A DNA stretch of 63,372 nt, filler included, from Globobulimina sp. (taxonomy: Eukaryota): the NCBI GenBank assembly GCA_003354225.1. It is 33 parts of 33 records of this genome, joined end to end, with 100 filler letters (N's around TTAATTAATTAA, not from the genome) between each part and the next. Parts side by side here need not be neighbours in the genome. Positions count along the whole stretch, not along the records: positions 32,713 to 34,535 come from PIVH01011520.1; positions 34,636 to 36,458 come from PIVH01011521.1; positions 36,559 to 38,381 come from PIVH01011522.1; positions 38,482 to 40,304 come from PIVH01011523.1; positions 40,405 to 42,227 come from PIVH01011524.1; positions 42,328 to 44,150 come from PIVH01011525.1; positions 44,251 to 46,073 come from PIVH01011526.1; positions 46,174 to 47,996 come from PIVH01011527.1; 25 more parts are not named here. One strand, written 5' to 3'. This document shows, in pieces, positions 33,101-47,423 of the stretch. The position numbers were made by a program, and so were the translations under genes. The notes under the pieces were generated by a model that saw only the letters and a program-made list of their open reading frames with translations, was not told the DNA's origin and ran no database searches. Numbering within the stretch: the stretch's first letter is position 1; every line of letters starts with the position of its first letter.

Positions 33101-34535
33101 ATGTATGCTTCTAGTCAAACTAGTGCAAGACGCAGCTTTGAGCATTATTCTGGATCAAAACCTAATGCACTTTCATTTTTTACTCGAATGCGACAATGTT
33201 TGAAAAGAAAATATGGATTATCGGTAATGAATGCAATATTATTATGTGCATTACTTTTCTCGTGGATTTGGATGTTTATGCAAACAGTAGCATCGACCTC
33301 AAAAATAAACATCCAACCAATTAATGAACAAAACAACATGATTCATAACAAACACACACATCAAAGCCATATGAAAGAGTTAGTTGAACAATACCAACAA
33401 TTAAAATGGATCGACCAACAAAAGCACCAACATCACAGTATTCCATTCAACGAATCGCATTATACCCATCAATCCCAAAATAAATTATTTTCAATGTGGA
33501 GTGCCGCAGAGCTCAAAAACAATGACGTTTGTCCCGATGCATATCCTCAACACCCACCGGATTTCAGTAGCATGAAATATGTCTGCTCTCATTTGGAATG
33601 GTTCAAATTCCGCGGCTATTGCGATGATACAAACTGCAGTGATTGCATACCCCCAAACTCTAAGGTGCCTGGCATGGAATGGACCAATTCTGACACTGCG
33701 CCCTGGCTGCAACAATATGAACAAACTATGGAGCTCCGGAGACAAAACCTGAGCCAATTGCTGCACCAACATAACTTGTTCAATAAAAACGATGGCCCTC
33801 TCATTGTTATCACAATAAACCATGGATACTCGTTTTTATTTTATAATTGGGTCTGCTCATTGGACTTCCATCGGATATCAGCCATTAAAAATAGAACTAT
33901 TATAGTGCCCACACAAAGAGATACAATTCCATTAATAAGAAAAGCTGGCTTTACCATGATTTTCTTCCCGGACTGGTTAGGCACAGTGCTCAATAGAATC
34001 ACGCCTGAAATGCCGAAAACATTTGCATTGGGCGCACATCGTTGGGTATGTAGCATATATTAAATATATATATTAATATGCTATTCAATCGTGTGAAACA
34101 CTGCAACTTTGACAGGTTGTATCGTTGCAAATAGCTATTATTGCAGATTTAGTTGCGTTGGGATTCGATGTTATTACGCAGGATTCCGATATTATATATA
34201 TTGCAAATCCATTATATTTTGTCATGCAGCAGCAATACAAACATGTGGATATTCAGATGATGGTCGATGCGAGGAATGACCGGAGAGGTTTGGTATTGTG
34301 CCCTTTTTTGATGTCAGAGTGGCTGTTGACTGTTGATTGTATATTTAGGTCCTGGCAACTCTGGGTTTTATATTGTTCGATCAAATTGTAAGACCAAAGT
34401 GTTTATGGAAACTATGATCAGCTTAATCGGCGCAGTGTTGGTCGCTCGCTCTGATCAAATATTATGGAATACATTGATAAATGAGAAATCATTTCGGATG
34501 TTGAATTTTGCAACATTTCCAATGGAATATTTTGT
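33101..34535 (+). CDS. Nucleotide-diphospho-sugar transferase (GT77-like), type II membrane (3' partial); introns 34046-34115 and 34288-34348
   Basis: N-terminal TM; NWVCSL; GFDVITQDSDII (DxD); GNSGFYIVRSN; DQILWN. Confidence 0.85.
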
Positions 34536-34635
34536 NNNNNNNNNNNNNNNNNNNNNNNNNNNNNNNNNNNNNNNNNNNNTTAATTAATTAANNNNNNNNN
34601 NNNNNNNNNNNNNNNNNNNNNNNNNNNNNNNNNNN

Positions 34636-35255
34636 TGTCTTCTGTATTTATTAGCAGGATCTTTTAAAATTTTCTTTTTCTTTTCAACATAAAAGGCTTC
34701 ATCAAAGAATGAAAATTGTTTTTCAATGAGCTTCGATTCTTTGCCTACAATGCTGAATAAACAGAACACGAACAGAAAAACATAGAGTGCTGCGCAACCG
34801 TAGATGGCGTAGAATAATTGTTGGAAGGTAATAAATGAAATTGTTGCTGATAAAATAAGTGATGCAATGATCCTGGCCGAGGCATCTACGGCAAACACAA
34901 TTGTGTGATATTTGGCGCATAGTTTTTCAGGCAATAACAATGAAACCAGTATACTTGTGATAACACCCGTTCCTACGATCAAAGACATTGAAATCCCAAT
35001 TTCTGACGATGTGGCTTGTAATTCTTCTTCGAGATACACCGGTAATATTAATAATATTATAAAATCGATTATTAATGATCCACCACTAAGAACAATTATG
35101 TTTTTTATATACTTCTCCGATTCAATAAGAATCGTTTTTTGTTCTTCAATTGGATTACTCGAATTCATGAAGTTGTTTCCTTTTTTTTTGTTTTGAATGA
35201 GCGTATCTCTAAAATTAGCAATGATTATATCGCATAATTTGCAAAAATATCTCAA
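34636..35255 (-). CDS. Multi-pass membrane protein (MFS-like), 3' partial
   Basis: Four TM helices; ILPVYLEEELQATSSEIG resembles the MFS TM1-TM2 loop. Confidence 0.5.
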
Positions 35256-35374
35256 TTATGACGACCGATAGAATTATGCATGTATATGGACACTGTTTCA
35301 CTATCAACACAAGTGTCTGTCATGTGAAAGAGCAAAAAATTTAAAACTTGACTGTACAATAACTCGGTGTGAGC

Positions 35375-36296
35375 ATGTCGTCTTTATCAAGAGAATGGAG
35401 TGAATTCGACACAGTAAAATCGTACTGCACTAATAAAAAACTAATGCAAACATGCGTTAAAATAGGACATCGACGCAAAGTATTGTGTTTAGAATGGAGC
35501 GTTGATGGCAAATACTTAGCTTCCGGTTCACAAGATTGCATGACTTATGTTTATAAATTAGATTCAGAAAAACTATTCAAAGTTATACAACATTAAATTT
35601 CTAAATTATCCTTGCTATCCTTGCTCTAAATATAATAATAACAATACAATAATTAGGACACCTCAGCGCAATTTAATTTGGTTGGACAGGAATCATCGAT
35701 AACATCTTTGGATTGGAATCCAAGCATTCCATCCATTCTTTGCACTGCCTCTGACGATGCACATGTTTATTTATGGAATATTAACAAATTCAGTGATAGC
35801 AATGATGAGAATAAAAATAATGACTCTTCTAACAACAACAACACAGTGGATGACCATGACAATGACAGCAAATCGAGTTCATCCAAATCAATGCATATGA
35901 AATCATGTAAACCGTATCATATCATTAAGACTGGCAATCCCTTAAATGGCATCGCGTGGAGCCATGATGGCACAAAAATATGTATTTCTGATCGAGAGAA
36001 TACCATTACGTTAGTAGATGGATACAAATACACCGAATTAAAGAAATACAAAGCACCGTCCAATACGCGCATACATTCATTTATATGGACCAATGATGAC
36101 AAATATATACTGATTACAACCAAGGATGGATATATACGCATTTTTGACGCAAATACGTTGCATAAAGCGCATGAATTCCAGGTGCATTCAGGGAATTGTT
36201 TTTGTATTGATATTTGTAACAATAATAAGTATATCGCAACGGGTGGGGCTGATTCGATGATCACTATCATTGAAATGAGTAATTTAATACAGAAAT
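35375..36296 (+). CDS. THOC3: WD40 protein, THO complex subunit 3 (Tex1)-like; intron 35582-35656; truncated by a chimeric junction
   Basis: HRRKVLCLEWSVDGKYLASGSQD and HSGNCFCIDI...YIATGGADS match THOC3. Confidence 0.7.
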
Positions 36297-36458
36297 ATGG
36301 ATTGATTCCTGGGGATTATCATTGGTGAGCCAGCCCACTCCTTGCATTCCTTCTTTTTTGCTTTTAAAGTCTATCTGGTTGCCGTCTGAACCATGACATG
36401 AGGCGCACTGGTTTTCATAATGAATTTTGCCCTGAACGGGATCACCTTTTGCTTGCCC
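36297..36458 (-). CDS. Bacterial-type c cytochrome fragment
   Basis: GQAKGDPVQGKIHYENQCASCHGSDGNQIDF...VGWLTNDNPQESIH; CxxCH at 36393-36407. Confidence 0.8.
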
Positions 36459-36932
36459 NNNNNNNNNNNNNNNNNNNNNNNNNNNNNNNNNNNNNNNNNN
36501 NNTTAATTAATTAANNNNNNNNNNNNNNNNNNNNNNNNNNNNNNNNNNNNNNNNNNNNGTCGAGATCAAGAAGAAGATCGAGCAGAAGGAGAGTCCAGAT
36601 GAGTTTCTGACAAGCTTTGTTGATTCAGAAGTCAAACAATGGAAGGATAAATACACAAAATCCAATGGTCCATTTTTGTTTCAAATCCATATGATAATTA
36701 TCGTGAATAATGTCTAAAATTTGTACATCACAAACGTCGGGATTGTGTAACGGCAAATATCCTTTCATACACAAAGGATCTCCATACCAACTTGAGGTAA
36801 TTGTCATTATTTGCAAAACTGAAGAAACAGACAACCGATAAATTTAGAACCTAAATATGGAAAATAATAATCTAATTATAAATTAATGAAAAAAAGTTAA
36901 GTTAATAATTAAAAATTTATACAAATAATAGT

Positions 36933-38172
36933 TTATATATTATGAAATCCTAAGTCACAATTTTTAAACTTTGGATTTTGTATCAATTCCTGATAATATC
37001 TAATATTTTTGCCATATTTCGCCCATTTAAAATACATCATTTCATCCACACGCATTGAATCTTTTTCAGTCATTATTTCTTGCCAATTATTATTGGTCCC
37101 ACTTCTCATAATCGATGTATCCAATTCAAAACTTTGTCGATCCTCCAAAATCATTGCTTTTGCATTCTCAATTTTCACCGATTCACATATTGCATCATAA
37201 TCTTTATCATTTAATTGTGTATCTTTTCCAATAAAGGTAGCCATTTTTTGTATACTTTCCTTTGGGAAATCAACCAAATCTTCGTAATATAACCATAATA
37301 TTTTATCATTATATCCATCATATGATCCACTAAATATTTTATTACACATTGTATAGAGTGCCCACCATTGTTGTACAAATTCAAAATAACAGCCCCAAAG
37401 CATTATACCTGATATTATTATCAATGGAAATTATAATTTAGCTTCCTCAGTTCCTCTGACTTGACGATTATAATTATATTTCCTCTGAACATACCTCGGT
37501 AAAAATAAGAAATATAATCGTCAAATGTATATTTCATTGAGTCTGAAGATAACAGCAACGAATCAATCTGAATATTTTTCGCAAATTCACTCCAAAAATA
37601 ATAACCAGATACGATCACATCTTTTGGATTACGAACAATGAGAATTGTTTTACCTTTCATAGTTAATACAAATTTCTGTGTTCTTTCTCAGTTATATCTG
37701 GGATATTTTTTATAACCTTAAAATCTTTGCAACTGATATCTGAAACAGATTGATGAAACCACCAAAAACAGGGATTTGCATCGCTAGTATAACTAAGTCG
37801 AGCTTTCCATTGCGATTTGCTTATTTGAGAATATTGTACTTCTAAATGAGGTATCGCATCCTGTCCAATATCACCTGTTTTGTATAATGAATGCGTGTTT
37901 TGTTTATCTGCAGTACGTACTATTTCAACCATGCATTTTTTTAAAAAGTGATTGCCTGATTTCGGATAACTGTTCAACAAAACATCATTATCTCTCGTTT
38001 TGAATGTATTTCGGAGAAATTTCATCTTTTGTGGATCACACAGAGGGAATGCAAAATTTCTATTTGGACCATATGGAATAAGAGCAAGTGGCTGTAATAT
38101 TGGCTGCAAACTTGCAAAATGTTTCGCTGTGAGCATAGAAGCCAATTTACTACCTTTTGCTGGAGAACCCAT
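36933..38172 (-). CDS. Cytosolic sulfotransferase (Sulfotransfer_1), two introns (about 37655-37730 and 37410-37490)
   Basis: DVLLNSYPKSG (5'-PSB), IVRNPKDVIVSGY (3'-PB), YEDL, MRSG..NNW. Confidence 0.92.
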
Positions 38173-38789
38173 TGTTCAAAAAAAGTGTACTAAATCCAGG
38201 GAAAACATTTTATTCATATTTTGGATCTATTTTGAAGTGGCACAAAGAAATTTGTGTGCGAGGATAAAGCAAGAAAACAAGCATGAATTGAATCTAAAAA
38301 AAATACATAAAATCTCAGAAAAAGAAATATTAATTTTCAATCGTCGGCATTTTGCCAATCATCGTCATCATCATCGCCAAANNNNNNNNNNNNNNNNNNN
38401 NNNNNNNNNNNNNNNNNNNNNNNNNTTAATTAATTAANNNNNNNNNNNNNNNNNNNNNNNNNNNNNNNNNNNNNNNNNNNNTGCAAATTGTTGCAGATCA
38501 AGCAATGAAATTATTTTGTCCGCAATACGCAATCTGTTAAAACAATTCCACTCAGAATGCAAACCCAATGATGAAGAGACAGACAGTGATGATTTGCTTG
38601 AGGTTGATTGATTCATCTAATCTAATCTAATCTTTCCATTTCCTATTCACACTATGTAATTCTATGCAATTTTGCGTATGTTACGGTCGACTGTGAGATG
38701 ATATTTTGTAAAAATTCTAAAATGGCGTTGTTGGCTTCTCTATAATGACTCTGTAAACAAGTGACAGTCTCTTGATATTGTATTAAACT

Positions 38790-40304
38790 ATGAATCGAAT
38801 ACATGAGTTCAAATTGAATTGGACGCATATATCAAATGCTGTAAAACAGACATTATATACTAAAATAGCTTCGACATTTATGGACACAATAAAGCCAAAT
38901 TCACCAATAACAAATGAGAATGTTGAACAAATAATAACCATATTGCAAGTTAAAAATAAAATAAGTCAAAATGAAGCGAATCACATCAGAAACATAATCA
39001 ACAAAGCACTTGAATTTGAACGCGAACAAAACGAAGAGGACATGTTTCAGAATTATCGCATCTCGCTGAAAAACATTAATTTGGGGAATCATATGATGGG
39101 TGATTTGGAGCATAAATTTGTTGGATTAACTGGTGAAATGGTGTACGACATTTATAACATTCATAACTGTTTTTTATTTTCAAATTACCAATGTCGAGAA
39201 TATAGAAAGAATAAATTGCTCACTGATATGGTTAAGAATAATTATTTCAATGCACATCAGATAGATACAGCATTTAGTAACAAAATCGTGAAATGGTGGA
39301 TAAATTATTGTAGTCTCATTCCAGGCATTGATTTGTTTCCCCACTACATCATTGATGATGATATGTACGGTATTTGGAGACATTTTTTTGCCGCATCCCG
39401 GCTCGTAAACAAATTGATAAAAAATAATAATCAAAATATTATAAATAATGATAAATTCACGTTTAAAATGTGCATTATTCCGGATCGAGTTGTTTCTATT
39501 TATGATGAAAATATCGTGTTTTCACATAGCATTAATCAAATTGATGATTATCTTGAATCTAAAGATATTACTTTGAGTTCAAAACCAATTGAATTATCCA
39601 CACAAATTGATGACGTATCAACCATTACGAATGCATATGACTCTCTATTGAGTGTAGTCGCTGCCAAACAATCTCAAATCACAAATTTATTGATAATAAT
39701 TGACCGAAGAGGATCAAAACAAACAAAAATGAATAAAATGTACATGATAGCATCACATAATGATTTGCAAGAATTAAATCAAAATTATTTTATATCATTA
39801 CAATTTAGCGTTGCACAGAAACGTGTCTGTTGTCATTTATTTTATGGAGTAAGCAATAGTCAACGGACGAGATTTTACCCCGAATTTTTGGTAAACATTG
39901 TACCGCGATTTTTTAAACGGGATAATTCATTAAATTATTATGACAATGCACAAAAACTATATGACGATAAATATAAACATGGATTTGGTGTAAATCTCAC
40001 CGATGATTCATTCAATAAATATTACAAAATAATCACAAAATGGTCTCATATTTCTGTCAATTATGATAGAAATATAGTTAATGGTGAAGAGAAAGAATAT
40101 GAATACAAAGATGTTGAGTATCATAGTTTGAATAAAATGAATAAAGGATGTAGTTTTGGCAAAGTTTTAGAAATTGAAGAATGTCCGTTAATTAATTATA
40201 TTTTAGAGTCATTACTATTATTTAAAGAAATGAATTATGAAATAAGTAATCGCAACAAAAATGAATTCAATTTGCAGTATTTGAGTAAATGTTATAATCA
40301 TATT
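38790..40304 (+). CDS. Hypothetical protein (3' partial)
   Basis: About 500 codons open; no family recognised. Confidence 0.65.
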
Positions 40305-40617
40305 NNNNNNNNNNNNNNNNNNNNNNNNNNNNNNNNNNNNNNNNNNNNTTAATTAATTAANNNNNNNNNNNNNNNNNNNNNNNNNNNNNNNNNNNNNNNN
40401 NNNNTAATCTGTAAAAAACTGTAAATTCAAAGAGTTTACAGTAAAAAACAGTAATTTCAAACTGAAAAGCAAAAAGTTAAATGTTACCTTTAACATTTTA
40501 TTATTAACCTATTTTCCTTCCTTATTGAACAAGGTTTTGAGCTAGCTTACATATTCTTCTATGTTAGTAACAAAAACTTTATTTTCAGTTTCTTTATTTT
40601 CAATTTCTTTGGCAAAC

Positions 40618-42227
40618 ATGAATTCGAGAGTCTATTATACTCGCAGTACATCACCAGACATGAATTATATGGGATATGAATCAGACGATGCTAAGTTCCC
40701 GAAATCGACCATGGATTTTCCGATAGAGCATGGCATATTCGGTGCGATCCCTTATGATCCACCATCACCATTTACTCCACATCCAACACTGCATAATGAT
40801 GGAAGAAGAACTGATGCCTTTGATGGTATTGCTATGTTTGATCAAAATCCAGACCCAGATCATGTAAATAAATACATTCGTAATGATTTACCATCCAACA
40901 TAGACACATTTTCATTCCACGCACAACGCCATCTGGATATTAAGGATAATAACTATAGCGTCGAACCAGATCTTTGGACGATCCATGAATTCGACGTATA
41001 CAAACAAAAAATGTCGGAATCTTATAATTGCCAAATCAAAGAAACAAATACGAAGTTTGAGGAATATGAAAACCAGGTTGTATTTCAAGTGCGTTCGTAC
41101 AGAGAAAAAATCAAAGAATTAATTGTTTCAAAATATAAAGAAAATATGCAAAGAATGGAAAAAATTAGACAAAAAAATTTCGGCCACCCAACAAAACAAA
41201 AAGTCACTAAAATCATCAATAAAAAAGTTTTTCATTATCCTCAGAATAATAACAAAATCTTAGCAGATATTCCGATGAAATCATGTTCAAATTTCCAACA
41301 TGTGTACGCCTCAAATAATGTATGTGTCAGGAAATACCTACAAACTGTTATTAACATATAAACATATAATAACAACCAAAGGTATCATTTAACGGTCAAG
41401 ATTATGTTGTTTTTGTTGATAATAAAGCCAAAGCGTCCAATTGCAATCCATCACAAAAAAAGAAACCCCAAACTGCGCTATTCGAAGCATTTCGTTTGAT
41501 GGAAGAACCTGGTTTTAGTCCCACTGTGTCGCCGGATCCTGTGGCATTAAATAAATATGCTTCTGCCCTCACAAAAACTAAAACCATTCACAAATCCAAA
41601 AAAAATCGCCCAAAACGCGTATTTTGCCAACAAAGTTTGTTGTTTTTAATAAACTTTTTTTTTAACTGCATACAATTCAGAACTAGTTTTTCTATATGTG
41701 CATACAATTACAACTAGTTTTTCTATATGTGCATACAAAAAAAAATACATATAGCGTCGGAATTTAAAGCAAGTACAAATAATTCCTATCAACACGTACC
41801 TAAATTCAATGTGCCAATCCCTTTGAATAAATCCATTAACACTCAACAACCAACAAAAGCAAATCCCGCTCCTCTTTATGCGTTCCATCCGCATACACCA
41901 AATAACTGTAACCCACAATCCTTATTTCCACCAAATGTATCATTGCAATATCCCTCATATTGTCCTCCAAATACAATCTCCAAACCATGGTGTCCTCCAA
42001 ATGTGCAGCATCCGTTAGCACAAATCTCTGTTCCTATTGGTGTTGCCACACAAGCTCCAATGCAATACACATCGTCAGATCCGTCAATGAGTGCTGATAT
42101 TGATCCAAATAATAATCAATCAATCATTATTCCCGCAGCGAATTCAGTAAATTTCGCGTCAATATCTTCTAAACACGATTCGATCGCAAATAAGATGACA
42201 TCGCCTGACACCGCATCCAGTTCAGAT
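40618..42227 (+). CDS. Hypothetical P/N-rich multi-exon protein (3' partial)
   Basis: Consecutive ORFs separated by AT-rich GT-AG segments (about 41320-41381 and 41634-41754); the second contains a 31-bp tandem duplication. Confidence 0.5.
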
Positions 42228-42327
42228 NNNNNNNNNNNNNNNNNNNNNNNNNNNNNNNNNNNNNNNNNNNNTTAATTAATTAANNNNNNNNNNNNNNNNN
42301 NNNNNNNNNNNNNNNNNNNNNNNNNNN

Positions 42328-44150
42328 TCCATATTTTCGGTATCATCCTATGCATCTGATCTCAGTCTAACAATATCCTCAACAACACATCCTACCAAAC
42401 CACCCAAATATAGGCTGCACAAATTAATTAAATCCTCATTAAAACATACACTCAAAACAAACAAGACAGAATCAAACAATATTGAATATTGGAACGCCTT
42501 CTATAAAAAATCGAGGAAAATAATTGCCAGCTTCAACGATGCAGCATCGCTGTACCATGCATTAAACGATCCATTCTGTGGCAAATCCTCCACTCAAACC
42601 TGCTCCTCCATCATCCACATACTTTGCAAACAGTTTTATTTATATGCTCGTAGCAATAATTGGTCAGTCTGTTTCAAAATATTGGACTGTATTGCACTTT
42701 TTTTAGATGCTGGTGCTAATACTTCCATATTTTATTCAACATTGACTGAGCCGCCACAAAGGAATTACAACTCAATACACACACTGTACGAAGGGCTGCA
42801 CATTCTGCTCTCATCCAATGTGATAACACAGCAACAATTCACCACTCACTTCTCGAGAGCTATATCAGTTGCTACTGTCTATAACCACATGCATATAGAA
42901 AATGAGAAACGTTCATACTGTGGCCTTTCAAACGTGCAGTTCAAGCCTGCTCTGTTGACGCTGTGTTGTTATAAAGATGCGGAAAAATGGCAAAATATAA
43001 CTTATTGGCTAGGCGACTGCCTATACCACGCTTATTATGTCAATTTAATATCGCCCTATTTGGCCAAAGCGTTCTTAATGATGGGATATGATCTGATTCA
43101 TGTCACATTGCACAAGTTTGATCATTTGGATTTCAATAGAAAAGAACAAATGGATTTGCTGATTAAGGATGATGTGCAAATTAAAACTGTTCTGACGTCG
43201 ACTGTACTTGCCGATGATGGTAAAATACATAAAAAAGTAATTGCGTTTTTATGGTTTATCCGGTTCGGTAATTTTAAAACCGATTTAGTAAATATTGTTG
43301 CTGTTGGAATAAAACAGTTGGCGTTGAATGAGTTTGTTGTGAGTACAGAAATAATCGAAGAAATATTAAGCTATTCGCATTATTCTGTTGTAACCAGTTC
43401 TGAATCAACGAATGTGAATATGGCTATGGATAAATTAAATTTGTCGTATTTCAATGAAGATGAATATCTAATCACCGCATTTCAAATATTATTCAAATTA
43501 GACAGCATTTGGATTGAGTGGGTGGCTCAGTTTGTTTTGCCGCAATTAAATAAAAGGCAGTTAAGCAAAATTAAGAGATATTTATCACAGCACATCTCAG
43601 GGAAACAATGGAATAAATTTATCCGACGAATATCGTTGAAAGCAATTGCAGCATTTTCGAAATATAATATTCTGAGCAGCATTGCCATCGATGCTGAAAA
43701 AATGCAAAATATAATAACCAAAAATTATAAAAACGACGATTTGATTCAACTTTTAAGGAATGTCGATTACGATATTGTGGAAACGTTTGCTTCCAACTCG
43801 ATTTTATACAATATTTTAAATGATGGCTCTCTGGACAGTACGCAAGCGGATAACATAGTAAATGCCATACATTTCCGTGTGCATAGCAGCAGTAAACATG
43901 CTGCACAACTTATAATAAACAATTTATTATTCGGCCAAATTGAATGGAATTCCAATCAAAACATATGGCAAACTGTCAAAGTTGCTTTGCATCCGAAATA
44001 TAAGCATTTTTACCTGGCGTTAAATGATTTATTTTACAAATTAACCGCCAGACAACATTGCAGCAAATTTATATTCTTTATGAAAAATAACATGTTTGAT
44101 TTCCAATATTGTTTAAACAAAGGTTTTGTAAATATGGCCTTGAAAAATCT
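42328..44150 (+). CDS. Large alpha-helical hypothetical protein (partial at both ends)
   Basis: One frame is open across the whole contig (about 607 codons). Confidence 0.7.
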
Positions 44151-44399
44151 NNNNNNNNNNNNNNNNNNNNNNNNNNNNNNNNNNNNNNNNNNNNTTAATT
44201 AATTAANNNNNNNNNNNNNNNNNNNNNNNNNNNNNNNNNNNNNNNNNNNNTTATAAATTTATATATAATTTGTGTCGCTGTGTTGTGAATTAAAGGTCAA
44301 CAAGACACAACCTGACAACCTTGATATTTATATTGTTATTTCATTTGTACACAACTGTCGAGTGTCGAGTTGACCAATTTATATTTGCACTGCAAAAGT

Positions 44400-46073
44400 C
44401 TATGTATAATATGCTCTTTGTCCTCTTTGTTTTTTTATTGATTTCTTAGTGTTTTGAAGAATTGTTTTTTTACTGTGTGCAGTATCATCATCGTGATTGT
44501 AATATCCGTATCCATCCTGAAGGTTTACTGAATATTTTCTCTCTCCACACATTTTTTTTGCGCAGCAACAACAACATATTTTTGTAATATCAGTCCGAAC
44601 GGACCAATATGTTCCACTAAATTCATAATCATTCAATAATAATATACATGTCCCATTTACCACCAATGCAATCGAGGCAGTCGAGGTATATAATCCTAAA
44701 AACACATATAACAAAACATTGATCCAATAAAATACAAACATGAACCATATCAATCTTAAAACTCTGGTCAACTCTCTTACTCCTTTCTCTTCTTGCAACT
44801 TTACGTCATTTTCAGCTCCAAATATCACCGCTGTTTCACGACTTATTGTACCTGAACGATTCAAAAAATGCGATCTTCTATTAAAGTCTCCATCACCGCT
44901 TAAACTTTGATTCATTTGGCATGGCGATGTTAAATTTGATGCACTGTCATAGATAAAGGCAGCAGCACTGGGATCTAAATTGAGTACCAACGATTTTTGA
45001 ATCGGATCGTCAATATCATACTGCGATGTCGTTGCGAATAAATTCGGATTCACATCAGCTTGTTTTCTATGCTTTTTTATGTTTCTTCGTGTCAATTGAC
45101 ACGCATTTCTGCCAAATAACGATCCTTTGTTTTTTTTGACCATATTAATAAATATGAATTATGAACAACGATTATTTGGCTTCACATACCGTATAGAACA
45201 ACGCCTAAAATATCAGTGGCAAACATGACAAAAAAATTGAGTAAATTAAATGTCATGTAACAATAACGGAAATTATTTGGTGGAGCGTTAAAAGAGTGAT
45301 AAGACGTTCTTTGAAATGCAGAGAATACGCTCAACGGCAAAAATATACCAATCACCCATTTGAATGACAAGAATAAATAATGTAGAAATTTGCGTCGTTT
45401 CTTTGTTATGTATTTGTATCTCGGGTTGAAGAATGGGGATTGATTCATGTAGGAAAGGTTGAAAATAAAAATCCAAGTTGTGAAACATTTGACAATCACA
45501 AGGGACATCAAATGGATTCGCTGCGTAGTTAAACAAGAATCTAACAGTGGTATTTCAGATACAATATCGTGTGCGCCAATGAATAGTAATACACAGTATA
45601 TTAAGGTCATTAATAAGCATAGTAAAGCAATGTGATGAATAGGAATAATATTTGGATCAAATTTGTCAAATTTGTTGCAATATTGATAGCCATAGGCAAT
45701 GAATACAATGAATACATAAAAAAAAGCAAATAATGGTAACCATTGATCAATCATATGAATGCGTTCAAGTGTTTTTGATTGATAGTCTCCATATGAACGG
45801 ACTGGTATCACAGTAGCATCCATTATTAATAATATATACACTCAGCTAGTGAAAGTTTTTTACTTTGCCCAAGATGGCAAATCTGTATAAAAATGCCAAT
45901 CATCTGCTTCACATTTATAGGACAATCCATGCAACCAAATATGTCTGGTAGAGTCAAATGGACTGTCAATTTCGCCTTTTATTTGCTTTTTGATCATATT
46001 ACATTCAATACACGCCTCCTCACCATACTCATCCATCATATTTTGCAAAGTATGTTTATCATCATCTAAATAC
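44400..46073 (-). CDS. GPCR-like seven-TM protein, multi-exon (5' partial)
   Basis: Five TM helices, a long loop, two more TM helices and a CCCCC tail; a GTATGT...CAAAG intron joins the two main ORFs. Confidence 0.6.
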
Positions 46074-46355
46074 NNNNNNNNNNNNNNNNNNNNNNNNNNN
46101 NNNNNNNNNNNNNNNNNTTAATTAATTAANNNNNNNNNNNNNNNNNNNNNNNNNNNNNNNNNNNNNNNNNNNNAATTTCAAAAGAAAAGTGTTGCGAACA
46201 GGTCCTATTCTAAAGTAATTACAAATGTTGTCAAAACGGCGCAGACTTCGTGAAAATATGTCGCAAGGATGTAGCCTGAAATTGACGCTACAGAAAGCTG
46301 CATCAACAAAAAAATAAACTTTCTTAATTTAAAAATGGTTGGTTAACTGCCAACA

Positions 46356-47423
46356 ATGTCTGCTCGTTATGTCGTAGTCCATATGGCACGTTGTTATTCT
46401 TGCAGAAAGACAAAGAATCTAAAACATTTTACAAAAAGCCAAGTAAAAAATAACGGAAATCAAGCAATATGTAAAAAATGTATAAAACGCAAAATCAAAA
46501 AGAAAGCATTTAAAAAACAGTTTTCAACATCATCCAATATCATCATTAAAAAATGTAATTTCCCCACACATTGAATGGAAAATTAACACACTTTGTGTCG
46601 CGAAATGTTTATTGTGTTAATGGATTAATACCAAACAGAAATCAAAGCATTCACTGCGTGCCAAGATGCTGCTTTTTATAAACATATTTTCCCAAAAAAT
46701 GGTGTGTATTCCATAACTGGATATGGTATGCATGCCCAATTACTGCTGTCTGATACACAATTATTGCTACTACGCAAAGGAGAAAAATATATTATGTTGT
46801 TTGCTGACGCGACATTATGCAAAGTTGTGCGATTAGATACAAATCAGAATCAAAAGGAAATTGACCATCATATACAAAAATGTAATTTTCTTCGAATTGC
46901 GCAAATTAAAGCTTTGCAGTGTGATGGCTGTGATTTTGTGGATGTTAAAGGTATGGTAATCGACGTTGGCGGAATATGTTCGGAGAAATGTGATCAACAA
47001 AGCAGAATAATTAAAATCTGTGATAAAACAGGAACGATTGAAGTTTGTTTATGGAATAAAGATGCAAAGCAAATAGAATTGAAAATTTGCGGTAATCACA
47101 TATTTATCATCACATTGAAAAGAAGTCAAATATTAAGCGATGGTTCATTGTCTGCATTGGGAATAGTTGGAATTGAGGAGATTTCCGCAAATATGGCAAA
47201 TTTCAATAAGTTGTGGAAACGGTTTAGAAACTTTAGATTTTATTGTATTGGTTGTAATAATAAAATTCATCGGAAAAAATGTGCGCAATGCAACAGAATT
47301 GATATTAAACTGAAAGTTTGTTCGAGATGCGGATGTACTTTTTACTGTGGCAGAAAATGTCAGAAAAAATCATGGAATGCAAAACATAGAAATAATTGTT
47401 TGAGACCTAAAAAACGAGTATAG
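46356..47423 (+). pseudogene. Disrupted Stc1-like ZnF / RPA70-like OB-folds / MYND zinc-finger gene
   Basis: CYSC..K..KHFTKSQ...CKKC; SPHIEWKINTLCVAK (shifted frame); FIVLMD*YQTEIKA; DFVDVKGMVIDVG...ICDKTGTIEVCLW; CAQC...CSRC...YCGRKCQKKSW..HRNNC. Confidence 0.7.

Noticed and set aside
36559-36834. Another bacterial fusion at the start of contig 20
   Set aside because: The slightly GC-richer start reads continuously into AT-rich coding-like sequence with no recognisable bacterial motif.
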